Part shown: piece by piece, positions 28,396 to 38,590 of the stretch | How positions within the stretch are numbered: position 1 is the stretch's first letter | How the letters are laid out: every line of letters starts with the position of its first letter | From: Pseudomonadota bacterium | GTDB lineage: Bacteria; Pseudomonadota; Alphaproteobacteria; Sphingomonadales; SMXR01 | Assembly: GCA_022566215.1 (NCBI GenBank) | Contig: JADFJJ010000006.1 | Coordinates: forward strand, 1 to 61,326 | DNA: 61,326 bases | Reading direction: 5' to 3' | Notes under the pieces: generated by a model | What the model was told of the DNA's origin: nothing | Database searches by the model: none | Seen by the model: the letters and a program-made list of their open reading frames with translations, nothing else | Program-made: the position numbers and the translations under genes

Positions 28396-30189
28396 TCAGC
28401 CGGTAATCGGCGCTGTCGCCTCTTTCAGCCAGTCCCTGGTCTCTTTAGAAACCAGCGGGTTCAGTTTTTCCCAAACTTCGGCATGGTAGTCGTTGAGCCA
28501 CTTAATCTCGCCCCCGGTCATAATCCCGGTTTTCACCAGGCGCTTGTCGATCGGGCAGAAGGTGATGGTCTCGAACCCCAGCATGTCCTGTTCACCATTC
28601 ATTTTTTCTTCCTGAACAATGATAAGGTTCTCGATCCGGATGCCGTATTCGCCGGCCTTGTAGTAGCCGGGCTCGTTGGAATAGATCATTCCCGGCTCCA
28701 GAGCTATGGTGTTCTGGACCTTGGCGATCCGCCCCGGCCCCTCATGGACAGCCAGAAAACACCCGACCCCATGGCCGGTGCCGTGATCATAATCAAGGCC
28801 CACCTCCCACAAAGGCCGGCGGGCGAAACTGTCCAGCTCAGGACCGGTCGTGCCTTTCGGGAATTTGGCGGTGGCGAGCGCGATATGCCCCTTGAGGACA
28901 CGGGTGAAGCGGTCCTTTTCCTCGTCGCCCACTTCGCCGATCGGCACCGTGCGGGTGATATCGGTGGTGCCGTCGAGATACTGGCCGCCGCTATCAATCA
29001 GGTAAAGGCTGCCCGGCTTGATCGGCAAATTGCTTTCCCTGGTCAGTTTGTAATGGCAGATCGCCCCGTTCGGGCCAAAAGCGGAAATGGTGTCAAAGCT
29101 GAGGTCCAGCAAATCCCCGTTCACCTTCCTGAAGGCCAGAAGTTTGTCGCGGGCGGTCATTTCGTCCAGTTGGCCTTTCGGCGCCTCAAGCGAAATCCAG
29201 TGCAGGAAATTGGCCACCGCCGCGCCGTCTCTGATATGGGTGGCGCGGGTGCCGTTCAGCTCCACCCGGTTCTTTCTGGCTTTGGGAAGAGCGCACGGGT
29301 CGGCCGCCTTGATGATCCTGGCGCCGCTTTCCTTCAAAGTATCGAAAATCGCCGACGAGGCGGTATTGGGGTCGGCCAGCACCTTCTTGCCGGCTTTCCC
29401 CAGCGCCTTGACGCCTTCAAGAAAATCGCTCTTGGGGGCAATTCCAACTTCGTTTCCAAGATGGGCCTTGAGCGCGGCGTTGACCTTGACGTCATCGATA
29501 TAAAGGGTCGCCTTGCCGTCGGCATCCAGCACCGTATAGGCCAGCGAGACCGGGGTGTGCAGGACATCGTTTGAGCGGATATTGAACAGCCAGGCGATGC
29601 TGTCCAGCTGGGTAATAATCGCAACCTCGGCCCCCGTTTCCCTGATCGCGGCGGCGATTTGTTTGCGTTTGTCCTGATGACTGAGGCCGGCATACTTGAC
29701 ATCGTGGGGATGGACCGGGGTGTTGGGCTCACCGGGCTGGTCATCCCAGACGGCATCGATGGGATTGCCCCGGGTTAATACCAGTTCGGCATCGTGGATG
29801 GCCAGTTTGGTGCGCGCCTCCTTGACCCAGCCGATGGTGTGCAGGAAGGGATCGTAGCCGATTTTCCGGCCCCCGGTGAGGTTTTTCCCAAGCCATTTCA
29901 GAGGCGAGGTTCCGGGCACCCCGCAAATCTCAAAAAGCTTCGGGTCAACCTGCTTGTTCACCTGGATGGTATAGCGCCCGTCGACAAAGATCGCCGCCTG
30001 GTCCGCCATCACCACGGCGAAGCCGGCCGAGCCGGTAAAACCGGTGATCCAGGCCAGCCGCTGGGCGTAGGACGCAACGTATTCACTGGCGTGTTCGTCG
30101 GTCAGCGGCACGACGAAACCGTCCAGGTTTCTTTTTTTCATTTCTTCACGAAGCGCTTCCAGGCGGTCTTCGATTTTTAGGATCGGCAT
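28396..30189 (-). CDS. pepP: Aminopeptidase P (Xaa-Pro, M24B)
   Basis: DSGGQYLDGTTDITRT, HGTGHGVG, HEGP, SNEPGYY and GIRIEN motifs. Confidence 0.93.
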   Translation of the reverse strand: MPILKIEDRLEALREEMKKRNLDGFVVPLTDEHASEYVASYAQRLAWITGFTGSAGFAVVMADQAAIFVDGRYTIQVNKQVDPKLFEICGVPGTSPLKWLGKNLTGGRKIGYDPFLHTIGWVKEARTKLAIHDAELVLTRGNPIDAVWDDQPGEPNTPVHPHDVKYAGLSHQDKRKQIAAAIRETGAEVAIITQLDSIAWLFNIRSNDVLHTPVSLAYTVLDADGKATLYIDDVKVNAALKAHLGNEVGIAPKSDFLEGVKALGKAGKKVLADPNTASSAIFDTLKESGARIIKAADPCALPKARKNRVELNGTRATHIRDGAAVANFLHWISLEAPKGQLDEMTARDKLLAFRKVNGDLLDLSFDTISAFGPNGAICHYKLTRESNLPIKPGSLYLIDSGGQYLDGTTDITRTVPIGEVGDEEKDRFTRVLKGHIALATAKFPKGTTGPELDSFARRPLWEVGLDYDHGTGHGVGCFLAVHEGPGRIAKVQNTIALEPGMIYSNEPGYYKAGEYGIRIENLIIVQEEKMNGEQDMLGFETITFCPIDKRLVKTGIMTGGEIKWLNDYHAEVWEKLNPLVSKETRDWLKEATAPITG

Positions 30190-30277
30190 CGCTTTCTCCC
30201 GGTTTTCCCTTTGATGATGCGGAAATCTGTTTTAAAAGGTTGAGAGTAAAGACGAAAGCAAAAACTGCGGGGGGAGC

Positions 30278-32494
30278 ATGAACAAGAAAAAAGAAGCGCC
30301 TAAAGATCCGGATTCCATGAGCTGGCTTGGCAAGCTGGCGGCGGTTTTACTGCTGCTGCTGTTCGCCGTGTATTTGATCTTTTTTTCCACCCCAGCCGAC
30401 AAACCGGAAAGCGAAATGAAACAAAGCATGACCAAAATCAGTCCTCCCGTGGCCAAGGTCGTGGACCACACCTTCAGCCATCACGGCATTACCGTTGAAG
30501 ATCCTTACGCCTGGCTTTACGACAAAAGCTACCCGACGATTGACGATGAGGATGTTTTGTCCTACCTGCGCGCCGAAAACGCTTATACCGAATCGGTGAT
30601 GGCTCCTTATAAGGGTTTTTCCGAAACTCTTTTCCGGGAAATGAAAGGCCGCATTGCCGAAGAGGATGAAGGGGTTCCGGCCAAGGATGGCCCTTATTTT
30701 TACAGTTGGCGCTATTCCGGGGGAACCCAGTACAAGGTCTGGCTCAGGAACCCGGCCGGAGGGGGGAATGAGGAAATTATCCTTGATGAGAACGCAAGGG
30801 CAAAAGACAAGGACTATTACCGCCTGGGCGGCCTGGCGGTCAGCCCCGATCATTCCCTGCTGGCGTGGTCGGAGGATTTCAACGGGTCCGAGCGCTTTAC
30901 CACCCGCATCAAGAACCTGAAAACCGGCCAGGTTTTTGCCGAAGAAATTCCTGAGACCATCGGCCCGGCGGTCTGGTCTTCGGACCGCCAGTACCTTTTT
31001 TACACCGTCGTTGATGAACACTGGCGGCCCTATGAAATCCGCCGGCACAAAATCGGCGCCCCAGTGAAAGAGGACGTGGCCATCTATGCCGAACAGGACC
31101 CGGGGTTTTTCTTAAGCGTTTCCAGGACCCACAGCCGCGAATTTATCGTCATCACTGCCGGAACCCAGGTAACCTCGGAAATTTATGTTTTCCCTGCGGG
31201 TGAAAACGGCGGCGATCTGACCCTGGTATCCAAAAGACGTGAAGGCCATCGGTATGACCTGGATCACGCCAACGGCAAGTTTTACATCCGCACCAATGAT
31301 CACCACGTTAATTTCCGGGTGGTCAGCGCTCCTGAGCAAACCCCTGGTGAAGAAAACTGGCGCGAGGTCATCGCGGCCAAGGACAGCGATTATATTCGCG
31401 CCTTGATTGCCTTTAAGGATTTTCTGGCGATTCAGCAAAAAGTTGGCGGGATTGATCAGATCCGTATCCGCTTCTACAGCGGCGAGGAGCATTTCGTCGG
31501 TTTCCCGGAAAGCGTTTATGCCGCCGGGTTCGGCAATACCCCGGAATTTGAAACCAATACCGTTCGCCTTAACTATGAATCCATGATCACCCCGGAGACG
31601 GTATATGATTACCATGTCGCCGGGCGGGAACTTGAAACCCGCAAAGTTCAGGAAATTCCCTCAGGTTATGACCGAAGCCAGTACCAGACCGTGCGTCTGA
31701 TGGCTCCGGTCCGGGACGGGGTGCTGGTTCCAGTGACCCTTCTTTATAAAAAGGGGATGAAACAGGACGGCGGCAACCCGCTTCACCTTTATGGCTATGG
31801 CGCCTATGGGTACGGCATGCCACCCGGATTTATCACCAATGCCTTCAGCCTGGTGGACCGCGGGTTTGTTTACGCCATCGCCCATGTCCGGGGCGGTGAC
31901 GAGCTGGGCTATCAGTGGTATCTGGATGGCAAGCTGGAGAAACGCGCCAACACTTTTAACGATTTTGTCGATGTCGCCCGCTTCCTGATTAATGAAAATT
32001 ACACCCGGGCCGGAAATATTTCGATTGAGGGGCGGAGCGCCGGCGGCGAGCTGATGGGGGTGGTGATCAATCAGGCGCCGGAACTGTGGCGGGTCGCCCT
32101 GGTTGGCGTGCCGTTTGTCGATGTCCTCAATACCATGCTGAACGATGAACTTCCCCTGACCCCGCCCGAGTGGCCGGAATGGGGCAACCCGATCACCGAC
32201 CAGGCGGCGTTCGAGCTGATCCGCTCTTACAGCCCCTATGACAATATCGCGTCCAAGGATTACCCGGCGCAATACGTCTCGGGCGGGTTGAATGACCCGC
32301 GTGTGACCTATTGGGAACCGGCCAAGTGGACCGCCAAAATGCGCGCCCTGAAAACCGATAGTAATCCGCTGGTCATGAAAATAAACATGGGCGCCGGGCA
32401 TGCCGGCAAAAGCGGCCGTTTCACACGCCTGAAGGAACGGGCCGAGGAATATGCCTTCCTGCTGGCCCAGTTCGGAATGGCGGAAAAGAATTAA
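30278..32494 (+). CDS. ptrB: S9A oligopeptidase B (protease II) with N-terminal hydrophobic anchor
   Basis: EDPYAWL, GRSAGG nucleophile, NDPRV and GAGH motifs. Confidence 0.92.
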   Translation: MNKKKEAPKDPDSMSWLGKLAAVLLLLLFAVYLIFFSTPADKPESEMKQSMTKISPPVAKVVDHTFSHHGITVEDPYAWLYDKSYPTIDDEDVLSYLRAENAYTESVMAPYKGFSETLFREMKGRIAEEDEGVPAKDGPYFYSWRYSGGTQYKVWLRNPAGGGNEEIILDENARAKDKDYYRLGGLAVSPDHSLLAWSEDFNGSERFTTRIKNLKTGQVFAEEIPETIGPAVWSSDRQYLFYTVVDEHWRPYEIRRHKIGAPVKEDVAIYAEQDPGFFLSVSRTHSREFIVITAGTQVTSEIYVFPAGENGGDLTLVSKRREGHRYDLDHANGKFYIRTNDHHVNFRVVSAPEQTPGEENWREVIAAKDSDYIRALIAFKDFLAIQQKVGGIDQIRIRFYSGEEHFVGFPESVYAAGFGNTPEFETNTVRLNYESMITPETVYDYHVAGRELETRKVQEIPSGYDRSQYQTVRLMAPVRDGVLVPVTLLYKKGMKQDGGNPLHLYGYGAYGYGMPPGFITNAFSLVDRGFVYAIAHVRGGDELGYQWYLDGKLEKRANTFNDFVDVARFLINENYTRAGNISIEGRSAGGELMGVVINQAPELWRVALVGVPFVDVLNTMLNDELPLTPPEWPEWGNPITDQAAFELIRSYSPYDNIASKDYPAQYVSGGLNDPRVTYWEPAKWTAKMRALKTDSNPLVMKINMGAGHAGKSGRFTRLKERAEEYAFLLAQFGMAEKN

Positions 32495-33741
32495 CCCTTG
32501 AGGACTTCGTGGATGGCGCTGGTCAGGCGGCTTAAGTCGTCGGCCCCGATGATATATGACGGGGTCAGGTAGACAATATTGCCGAACGGTCTGATCCAGC
32601 AGCCCTTCTCGACAAAGGCCCGGCCCAGAGCTTCATGATCAGGTGTTTCTTTTAACTCAACCACCCCAATCGCCCCCTTGACGCGGACATTCTTAACCCC
32701 CCGGATATTCTGGCAATATTGCAATTCGTGCTCCATTTGACCGGAAATCGCCTGGATCTGCTCCAGCCGGGGCTCGGATTCAAACAAATCCAGCGAGGCA
32801 TTGGCGGCGGCGCAGCCGAGCGCGTTTCCCATATAGGTCGGGCCATGCATGAAGGCCTTGGCCGGATCGTCGGAAAGGAACGCCTCAAAGACATGCTCGC
32901 GGACAATCGCCGCCGAAAGCGGCATGACCCCGCCGGTCAGCGCTTTCGACAGGCACATAATGTCGGGGACGATCCCGGCCTGGTCACAGGCGAACAGGGC
33001 GCCGGTGCGCCCGAAGCCGGTAAAGATTTCATCGGCAATCAGAAGAAGATCATGACGGTCCGCCGCCGCCCTGATTTTTTTCAGGGTTCCGGGATCGTGG
33101 AATTTCATACCGCCCGCGCCTTGCACCAGGGGCTCGGTAATCAATGCGGCGATCTGGCCGCCATGCTTTTTCAAAAGAGCTTCCAGCGCCGCTTCGGTTT
33201 TTTCATCTTCAGGCAATCTGGCAAAAATCTCACCCGGAACAAAATCGGCGAAGGCGCGGTGCATGCCGCCCGGATCAGTGACCGCCATGGCCATGGTGGT
33301 ATCGCCATGATAGCCGCCCAAGAAGGAAAGGAATTTGGTGCGGCCCGGCTCGCCTTTATTGTTCCAGTACTGGACCGCCATTTTGATCGCAATCTCGACC
33401 GAGACCGACCCGGATTCGGCGAAAAAGACTTTGTTGAGGTCCCCGGGGGTGATATCGGCCAGGCGTTTGGCCAAGCGGAGCGCCGGTTTGTTGACCAGCC
33501 CGCCCATCATCACATGGGGCAACGCCTGGGCTTGTTTTTTGATCGCCGCCACGATCTGGGGATGGTTATAGCCGTGGGCGGCGGTCCACCAGCCGGCAAT
33601 GCCGTCGATCAGTTCCCGGCCGTCTTCCAGTTTCAGGCGCACCCCCCCGGCGCCCACCACCGCCAAGGGTTTGCCCGCCGTTTTCATCTGGGAATAGGGC
33701 AGCCAGAGGTGTTCCAGTCCTTCGCTGTACCAGGAGCTCAT
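32491..33741 (-). CDS. bioA: Adenosylmethionine-8-amino-7-oxononanoate transaminase
   Basis: WLPYSQM, GWWTAAHG, YHGDT, DEIFTGFGRTG and SKALTGG motifs. Confidence 0.95.
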   Translation of the reverse strand: MSSWYSEGLEHLWLPYSQMKTAGKPLAVVGAGGVRLKLEDGRELIDGIAGWWTAAHGYNHPQIVAAIKKQAQALPHVMMGGLVNKPALRLAKRLADITPGDLNKVFFAESGSVSVEIAIKMAVQYWNNKGEPGRTKFLSFLGGYHGDTTMAMAVTDPGGMHRAFADFVPGEIFARLPEDEKTEAALEALLKKHGGQIAALITEPLVQGAGGMKFHDPGTLKKIRAAADRHDLLLIADEIFTGFGRTGALFACDQAGIVPDIMCLSKALTGGVMPLSAAIVREHVFEAFLSDDPAKAFMHGPTYMGNALGCAAANASLDLFESEPRLEQIQAISGQMEHELQYCQNIRGVKNVRVKGAIGVVELKETPDHEALGRAFVEKGCWIRPFGNIVYLTPSYIIGADDLSRLTSAIHEVLKG

Positions 33742-33742
33742 G

Positions 33743-34744
33743 TTATGATTTGGGCCGGATCCCAAGGCGTTCAAAAAGTTTCAGATCCTCATTGCCGGCC
33801 GGGTTCGGGGTGGTCAGCAGTTTCTCGCCATAAAAAATCGAGTTGGCGCCGGCCAGGAAACACAGCGCCTGCATTTCATCGGACATATCCTCGCGCCCCG
33901 CCGATAATCTGACATAGGACATCGGCATCACGATCCGGGCCACGGCGATAGTGCGGACAAATTCCAGCGGGTCCAGCTCATCGGCGCCGGCCAGCGGGGT
34001 GCCTTCGATTTGAACCAGCAGGTTGATCGGCACCGATTCGGGATGCTTTTCCATGGTTGCCAGCGTCTCCAGCATGCCGGCGCGGTCGTCACGCCCCTCA
34101 CCCATACCCACGATGCCCCCGGAGCAAACCTTCATGCCCGCCTCCCTGACAAAGCCAAGCGTGTCCAGGCGGTCCTGGTAACAGCGGGTGGTGATGATCT
34201 GGCCGTAATATTCGGGCGAGGTATCGATATTATGGTTGTAATAATCAAGCCCGGCGTCTTTAAGGCGGAGCGCCTGTTGCTGGTCCAGCATGCCGAGGGT
34301 CAGACAGGTCTCAAGCCCCATTTTCTTGACCCCCTTGACCATCTCGATTACCTGATCCAGGTCTTTGTCCTTGGGCCGCGACCAGGCGGCTCCCATGCAA
34401 TAGCGGGTGGCGCCAGCCTCTTGTGCTTTTTTGGCGTCTCTCAAAACCTTTTCGACATCCATCAGTTTTTCGGCCTCAAGCCCGGTTTCTTTTTTGTATT
34501 TGGCGGATTGCGGGCAGTAGGCGCAGTCTTCGGGGCAGCCGCCGGTTTTGATCGACAGAAGCTGCGATAATTGCACTTCATTGGGGTCAAAATAGCGCCG
34601 GTGCAGGGTCGCCGCCTTGAAAATCAGGTCTGCGAATGGCAGCTCGAAAAGCTCAAGTATTTCGCCCCTTCGCCAGTCATGACGGAGGTCTGATTTGTTG
34701 GGCTCCGGAGCCCCGGCGGTTTCAATTTGATGCACCCGGCTCAT
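33743..34744 (-). CDS. bioB: Biotin synthase
   Basis: CPEDCAYC radical-SAM motif; [15 protein letters not shown] and [14 protein letters not shown]. Confidence 0.96.
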   Translation of the reverse strand: MSRVHQIETAGAPEPNKSDLRHDWRRGEILELFELPFADLIFKAATLHRRYFDPNEVQLSQLLSIKTGGCPEDCAYCPQSAKYKKETGLEAEKLMDVEKVLRDAKKAQEAGATRYCMGAAWSRPKDKDLDQVIEMVKGVKKMGLETCLTLGMLDQQQALRLKDAGLDYYNHNIDTSPEYYGQIITTRCYQDRLDTLGFVREAGMKVCSGGIVGMGEGRDDRAGMLETLATMEKHPESVPINLLVQIEGTPLAGADELDPLEFVRTIAVARIVMPMSYVRLSAGREDMSDEMQALCFLAGANSIFYGEKLLTTPNPAGNEDLKLFERLGIRPKS

Positions 34745-34825
34745 GAGGGGGAGAGAACCCCAAAGGCACATGAAAGTCAAGGACAAGCACCCCTAATTTT
34801 CCTTGGCGCAAGGGTCAGACATGTA

Positions 34826-34985
34826 AGAGCAACTTAACCTCAAATGGAAACAATTTGATGGCTTTACTGCACAGCATAGAAAGGAGAGGTTTTGAACATG
34901 ATGTGGTGCATCATGGAAGAACCACGACACCTGTAGGCAAAGCAGCAAAGCCATCAAATGGTTTCATTTGAGGTTAAGTTGCTCT
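34826..34985. mobile_element. MITE-like palindromic element, short form (AGAGC...GCTCT family)
   Basis: Perfect 21-bp terminal IR AGAGCAACTTAACCTCAAATG / CATTTGAGGTTAAGTTGCTCT, extending imperfectly to about 45 bp. The core is similar to 2239-2503. Confidence 0.8.
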
Positions 34986-34997
34986 AGGTTGCGCCCC

Positions 34998-36140
34998 ATG
35001 GACTCACTTTCCAAATTCGCCCGGAAAAAGCTTGCTGAAACCAGGGTCAAAGGGCTCTACCGCCAGACCATTCCCACCCGCCACAAGGACCCGGTTCATG
35101 TGGAGCGGGGGGATAAGATTTATGTCTCTTTTTCCGGCAATGACTATCTCGGGTTGTCCCGGCACCGGAGAGTGATCGCCGCCGCCGCCCGGGCGGCGGA
35201 AAAGTTTGGAGCGGGGGCCGGAGCCTCGCGTCTGGTGACCGGCGATCATCCGCTCTATCAGGAGCTGGAGACCGGGATCGCCACCTTCAAGGAAGCCGAA
35301 GCGGCGCTGGTTTTCGGCAGCGGTTATTTGACCAACCTTGGGGTTATCCCAGTGCTGGCGGGTGAAGGCGATTTGATCCTGGCCGACCGGCTGTGCCATG
35401 CCTGCCTGTTTGCCGGAAGCGATCTGTCGAAAGCGGCATTGAAGGTTTACCGCCACAATGACCTCGACCACCTGCGGGAAATCCTGGACGGCCAGCGGAG
35501 CAAATACCGCCATACCCTGATCCTGACCGATGGCGTCTTCAGCATGGATGGCGACCGGGCTCCGGTCGAGGAAATGACCGCGCTGGCCCGCAAGTTTGAT
35601 GCCTGGCTGATGGTCGATGACGCTCACGGCCTGGGCGTTGTCGAGCAAGGCAAAGGCTCAACCTTCAAGAACGGTCACCGGCTGGATGTCCCGTTGCAGA
35701 TGGGCACCCTGTCCAAATCGGTGGGGGCGTATGGCGGGTATATCGCGGCCGATGCGGTTGTGATCGACCTGATTAAAAACCGCGCCCGTTCCCTGATTTA
35801 TACCACCGGGTTGCCGCCGGCGGTGGTGGGAGCGGCGCTTGAGGGGCTCAAGATCATTAAAAACAATCCCGGGCTTTGTAACAAACCGATCCAAAAGGCC
35901 ACCCTGTTTTGCCGCGAGTTGGACCTTCCCGCGCCGCAATCCTCGATCGTGCCGATGATTTTTGGGGATATCGAGAAAACCATGCAGACCGCGGATAGAT
36001 TGGCCGAACAAGGGTTTCTGGTTCACCCGATCCGCCCGCCGACCGTGCCCGATGGCACCGCGCGCTTGCGTTTTTCATTTTCCGCCGCCCATCAGGATAA
36101 AGACATACTTAATCTGGCTGAGGTAATCAGGGGGCTATGA
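34998..36140 (+). CDS. bioF: 8-amino-7-oxononanoate synthase
   Basis: FSGNDYLGL, GVFSMDGD, DDAHG, GTLSK and IRPPTVP motifs. Confidence 0.95.
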   Translation: MDSLSKFARKKLAETRVKGLYRQTIPTRHKDPVHVERGDKIYVSFSGNDYLGLSRHRRVIAAAARAAEKFGAGAGASRLVTGDHPLYQELETGIATFKEAEAALVFGSGYLTNLGVIPVLAGEGDLILADRLCHACLFAGSDLSKAALKVYRHNDLDHLREILDGQRSKYRHTLILTDGVFSMDGDRAPVEEMTALARKFDAWLMVDDAHGLGVVEQGKGSTFKNGHRLDVPLQMGTLSKSVGAYGGYIAADAVVIDLIKNRARSLIYTTGLPPAVVGAALEGLKIIKNNPGLCNKPIQKATLFCRELDLPAPQSSIVPMIFGDIEKTMQTADRLAEQGFLVHPIRPPTVPDGTARLRFSFSAAHQDKDILNLAEVIRGL

Positions 36141-36808
36141 GCGCACTTTTTATTACCGCCACCGGGACCGGGATCGGCAAGACTTTGGTGACCGCGGCGC
36201 TCACCTTCCAGCTCAAGCAAAAAGGCCATAACGCCATTGCCTTAAAGCCTGTCATCAGCGGCTTTGAGGACGGGGGAAAACCCAACGACACCACAATCCT
36301 GGCGGCAGCCGCGGGACTAGACATTGGCCCGGCAACGATTGAGAGGATCTCTCCATGGCGTTTCAAGGCGCCGCTTTCCCCCAACATCGCCGCCGCCCGC
36401 GAGGGCCGGGAAATTCCGATCGAAGAGCTGGTCGCCTTTTGCAAAAAGACCATCGCCGGGAATGACTACACCCTGATCGAGGGGATCGGCGGCAGCCATG
36501 TTCCGCTGGCCCGGGGATATCTTGTGGCCGACTGGATCAAGGCGCTTGAGATCCCGGCGCTGGTGGTGACGGGAAGCTATCTGGGCACCCTCAGCCATAC
36601 CCTGACAACTTTAAGGGCGCTCAAGGCGGACCGCATCCCGGTCGCCGGGGTGGTGGTCAGCGCATCCCGGGAAGAGCCGATGGCCCTGGCCGAGACGGTG
36701 ACAGCGCTTAAGGACCAGTCGCCGGATACCAAAATTTTCCCCCTGAAGCGGATCCTGGAAGAACCGCTCTGGAAACACGCGCCAGACCTGATCCGGGTTT
36801 TTGAATAA
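36137..36808 (+). CDS. bioD: Dethiobiotin synthase
   Basis: TATGTGIGKT, KPVISG, IEGIGG and YLGTLSH motifs; ATGA overlap. Confidence 0.93.
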   Translation: MSALFITATGTGIGKTLVTAALTFQLKQKGHNAIALKPVISGFEDGGKPNDTTILAAAAGLDIGPATIERISPWRFKAPLSPNIAAAREGREIPIEELVAFCKKTIAGNDYTLIEGIGGSHVPLARGYLVADWIKALEIPALVVTGSYLGTLSHTLTTLRALKADRIPVAGVVVSASREEPMALAETVTALKDQSPDTKIFPLKRILEEPLWKHAPDLIRVFE

Positions 36809-36809
36809 C

Positions 36810-37562
36810 CTATCCCAGCCTTGATTTCGGACGGGTGATGAAGCCCGCCAGCCAGCCCGCCAGCAGCGCAATGATGATCGCCATAAGGCCATAAAGATGG
36901 GGCTGGTTCTGCGCCAGGCTGTAGACCACCCGCTCAAACCCGGCCTTGCCGATCCGGATTTCCTTGTCGGAACGGCCAATCAGCCGGCCCTCCCGGAACA
37001 AATAGGCCGAAGCGGTATAGGCACCGCTCGGGACATTGGCGGGAAAGAAAAAATCGGCCCGGAAAAGCGTCTCTGACTGGATCTCCATCGCCTCCGTGGC
37101 CACCTGATAAAGTCCCGCCCCTTGCTTGACCCGGATCAGTCCGGCCGCGTAATCCTCGAGCCCCGGCTGGCGGGCAAAATCCTGTTGGGCAAGGCCGATC
37201 TTCAGTCTGGCCAATTCTTTCTCCGGTGCAATCGCCAGCAACGGACGGGTGCTGGCCAGCGCATAATATTCCGGCACGCCCTGGAGGAGTTTGCCGCCGG
37301 TGTTGACCCAAAACCCCATAACCCGTTCTTTTTTGCGGACCATATGGGGGCGCTTTTCCCCGGTGATGACAATGACAATGTCATATCTTTCTCCGGCCAT
37401 GGTCTCACCGCGCTTGATGGCGCCGAACAGTAATAGTTCCTGTCCGGTAAAACTGTGGCGCAGCTCGATGTCATATTGGGAAAGATCGGTGACGATATCC
37501 TGGGCCCGCGCCGCCGGCGCCAACGCCATCAGGAAAGCTGTCAGGAATACCAGCCGTTTCAT
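36810..37562 (-). CDS. TIGR02186 family membrane protein
   Basis: FTGQELLLFGA, VRKKERVMGFWVN and K.GFE motifs; C-terminal TM; paired with TauE. Confidence 0.85.
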   Translation of the reverse strand: MKRLVFLTAFLMALAPAARAQDIVTDLSQYDIELRHSFTGQELLLFGAIKRGETMAGERYDIVIVITGEKRPHMVRKKERVMGFWVNTGGKLLQGVPEYYALASTRPLLAIAPEKELARLKIGLAQQDFARQPGLEDYAAGLIRVKQGAGLYQVATEAMEIQSETLFRADFFFPANVPSGAYTASAYLFREGRLIGRSDKEIRIGKAGFERVVYSLAQNQPHLYGLMAIIIALLAGWLAGFITRPKSRLG

Positions 37563-38479
37563 CGCGCCACCTCGATCACTGAATAAAGCTCAGCCGGGGT
37601 GGTGAAGAGGTCCCAGCCCATTTTGAAGCAAACCACCAGCACCAGCACCGCCAGCCCGGTGCGAAACTGTTCCGCTTTTAACTTATAACCTGCCCGCGCC
37701 CCCAGCTGGGCGCCGATAACCCCGCCGCTCAGCAACACCAGCGCCATCACCACATCAACCGTCTGGGTGTTGACCGAATGAAAGAACGTAACCATGGCGG
37801 TGACAAAAACAATTTGAAATAACGAGGTGCCGACGACAACGTTGCCGGGCATGCCGAGGATGTAGATCAGCGCCGGGATCATCACAAACCCGCCGCCGAC
37901 CCCCATGATCGCCGCCAGTACGCCGACCACAAAGCCAATTAAAATCGGCAGGTAGATACTGACCACCAGGTGAGATTTTTTGAACTTCATTTTGTGTGGC
38001 CAGGCGTGTATCCAGGCCGGGTGGCGCTTGCGGCGGCGGCGAACCCTGCGCCCGCTTTTTCTGGCCAGCCATGGAGAAACATTTTCCCACAACATCAGCG
38101 AGCCGATGGTGCCGAGGAAAAAAACGTAAGCCAGTGAAATCATAAGGTCGACCTGACCAATACTATTAAGATACGAGAAAATTTCCGCACCAACGTAGCT
38201 GCCCCCAAGGCCCCCGGCCATAAGCACCAGGCCCATCTTGATATCGATCCCGCTGCGCCTGAAATGCGCCAGCGCGCCGGAGACCGAGGATGCGGTAATC
38301 TGGTTGGCCTCGGTGGCCACCGCCACCGCCGGCGGAACGCCGGTAAAAATCAGCAATGGGGTCATCAGAAAACCGCCGCCAATCCCGAACATGCCGGACA
38401 AAAAACCGACCCCGCCGCCCATAAACAGCAACAGCAGAACATTCAATGACATCTCAGCGATCGGAAAGTATAATGACAT
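37559..38479 (-). CDS. Sulfite exporter TauE/SafE family protein
   Basis: GFLSGMFGIGGGF, MGVGGGF and VVGTSLFQ motifs. Confidence 0.9.
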   Translation of the reverse strand: MSLYFPIAEMSLNVLLLLFMGGGVGFLSGMFGIGGGFLMTPLLIFTGVPPAVAVATEANQITASSVSGALAHFRRSGIDIKMGLVLMAGGLGGSYVGAEIFSYLNSIGQVDLMISLAYVFFLGTIGSLMLWENVSPWLARKSGRRVRRRRKRHPAWIHAWPHKMKFKKSHLVVSIYLPILIGFVVGVLAAIMGVGGGFVMIPALIYILGMPGNVVVGTSLFQIVFVTAMVTFFHSVNTQTVDVVMALVLLSGGVIGAQLGARAGYKLKAEQFRTGLAVLVLVVCFKMGWDLFTTPAELYSVIEVAR

Positions 38480-38590
38480 CGATTTTATCTTTCCCCGGCA
38501 GTGATTGCCTCAGGCCGATACTTTTGCACGAAAGGCGTGGAAAAATCCAGAAAAGTCGCCCATATAGTATTTAAGCAGGAGGAGAATTAC

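Noticed and set aside
28483-29574. 363-aa plus-strand ORF
   Set aside because: Antisense shadow of aminopeptidase P.
32719-33912. 397-aa plus-strand ORF
   Set aside because: Antisense shadow of bioA/bioB.
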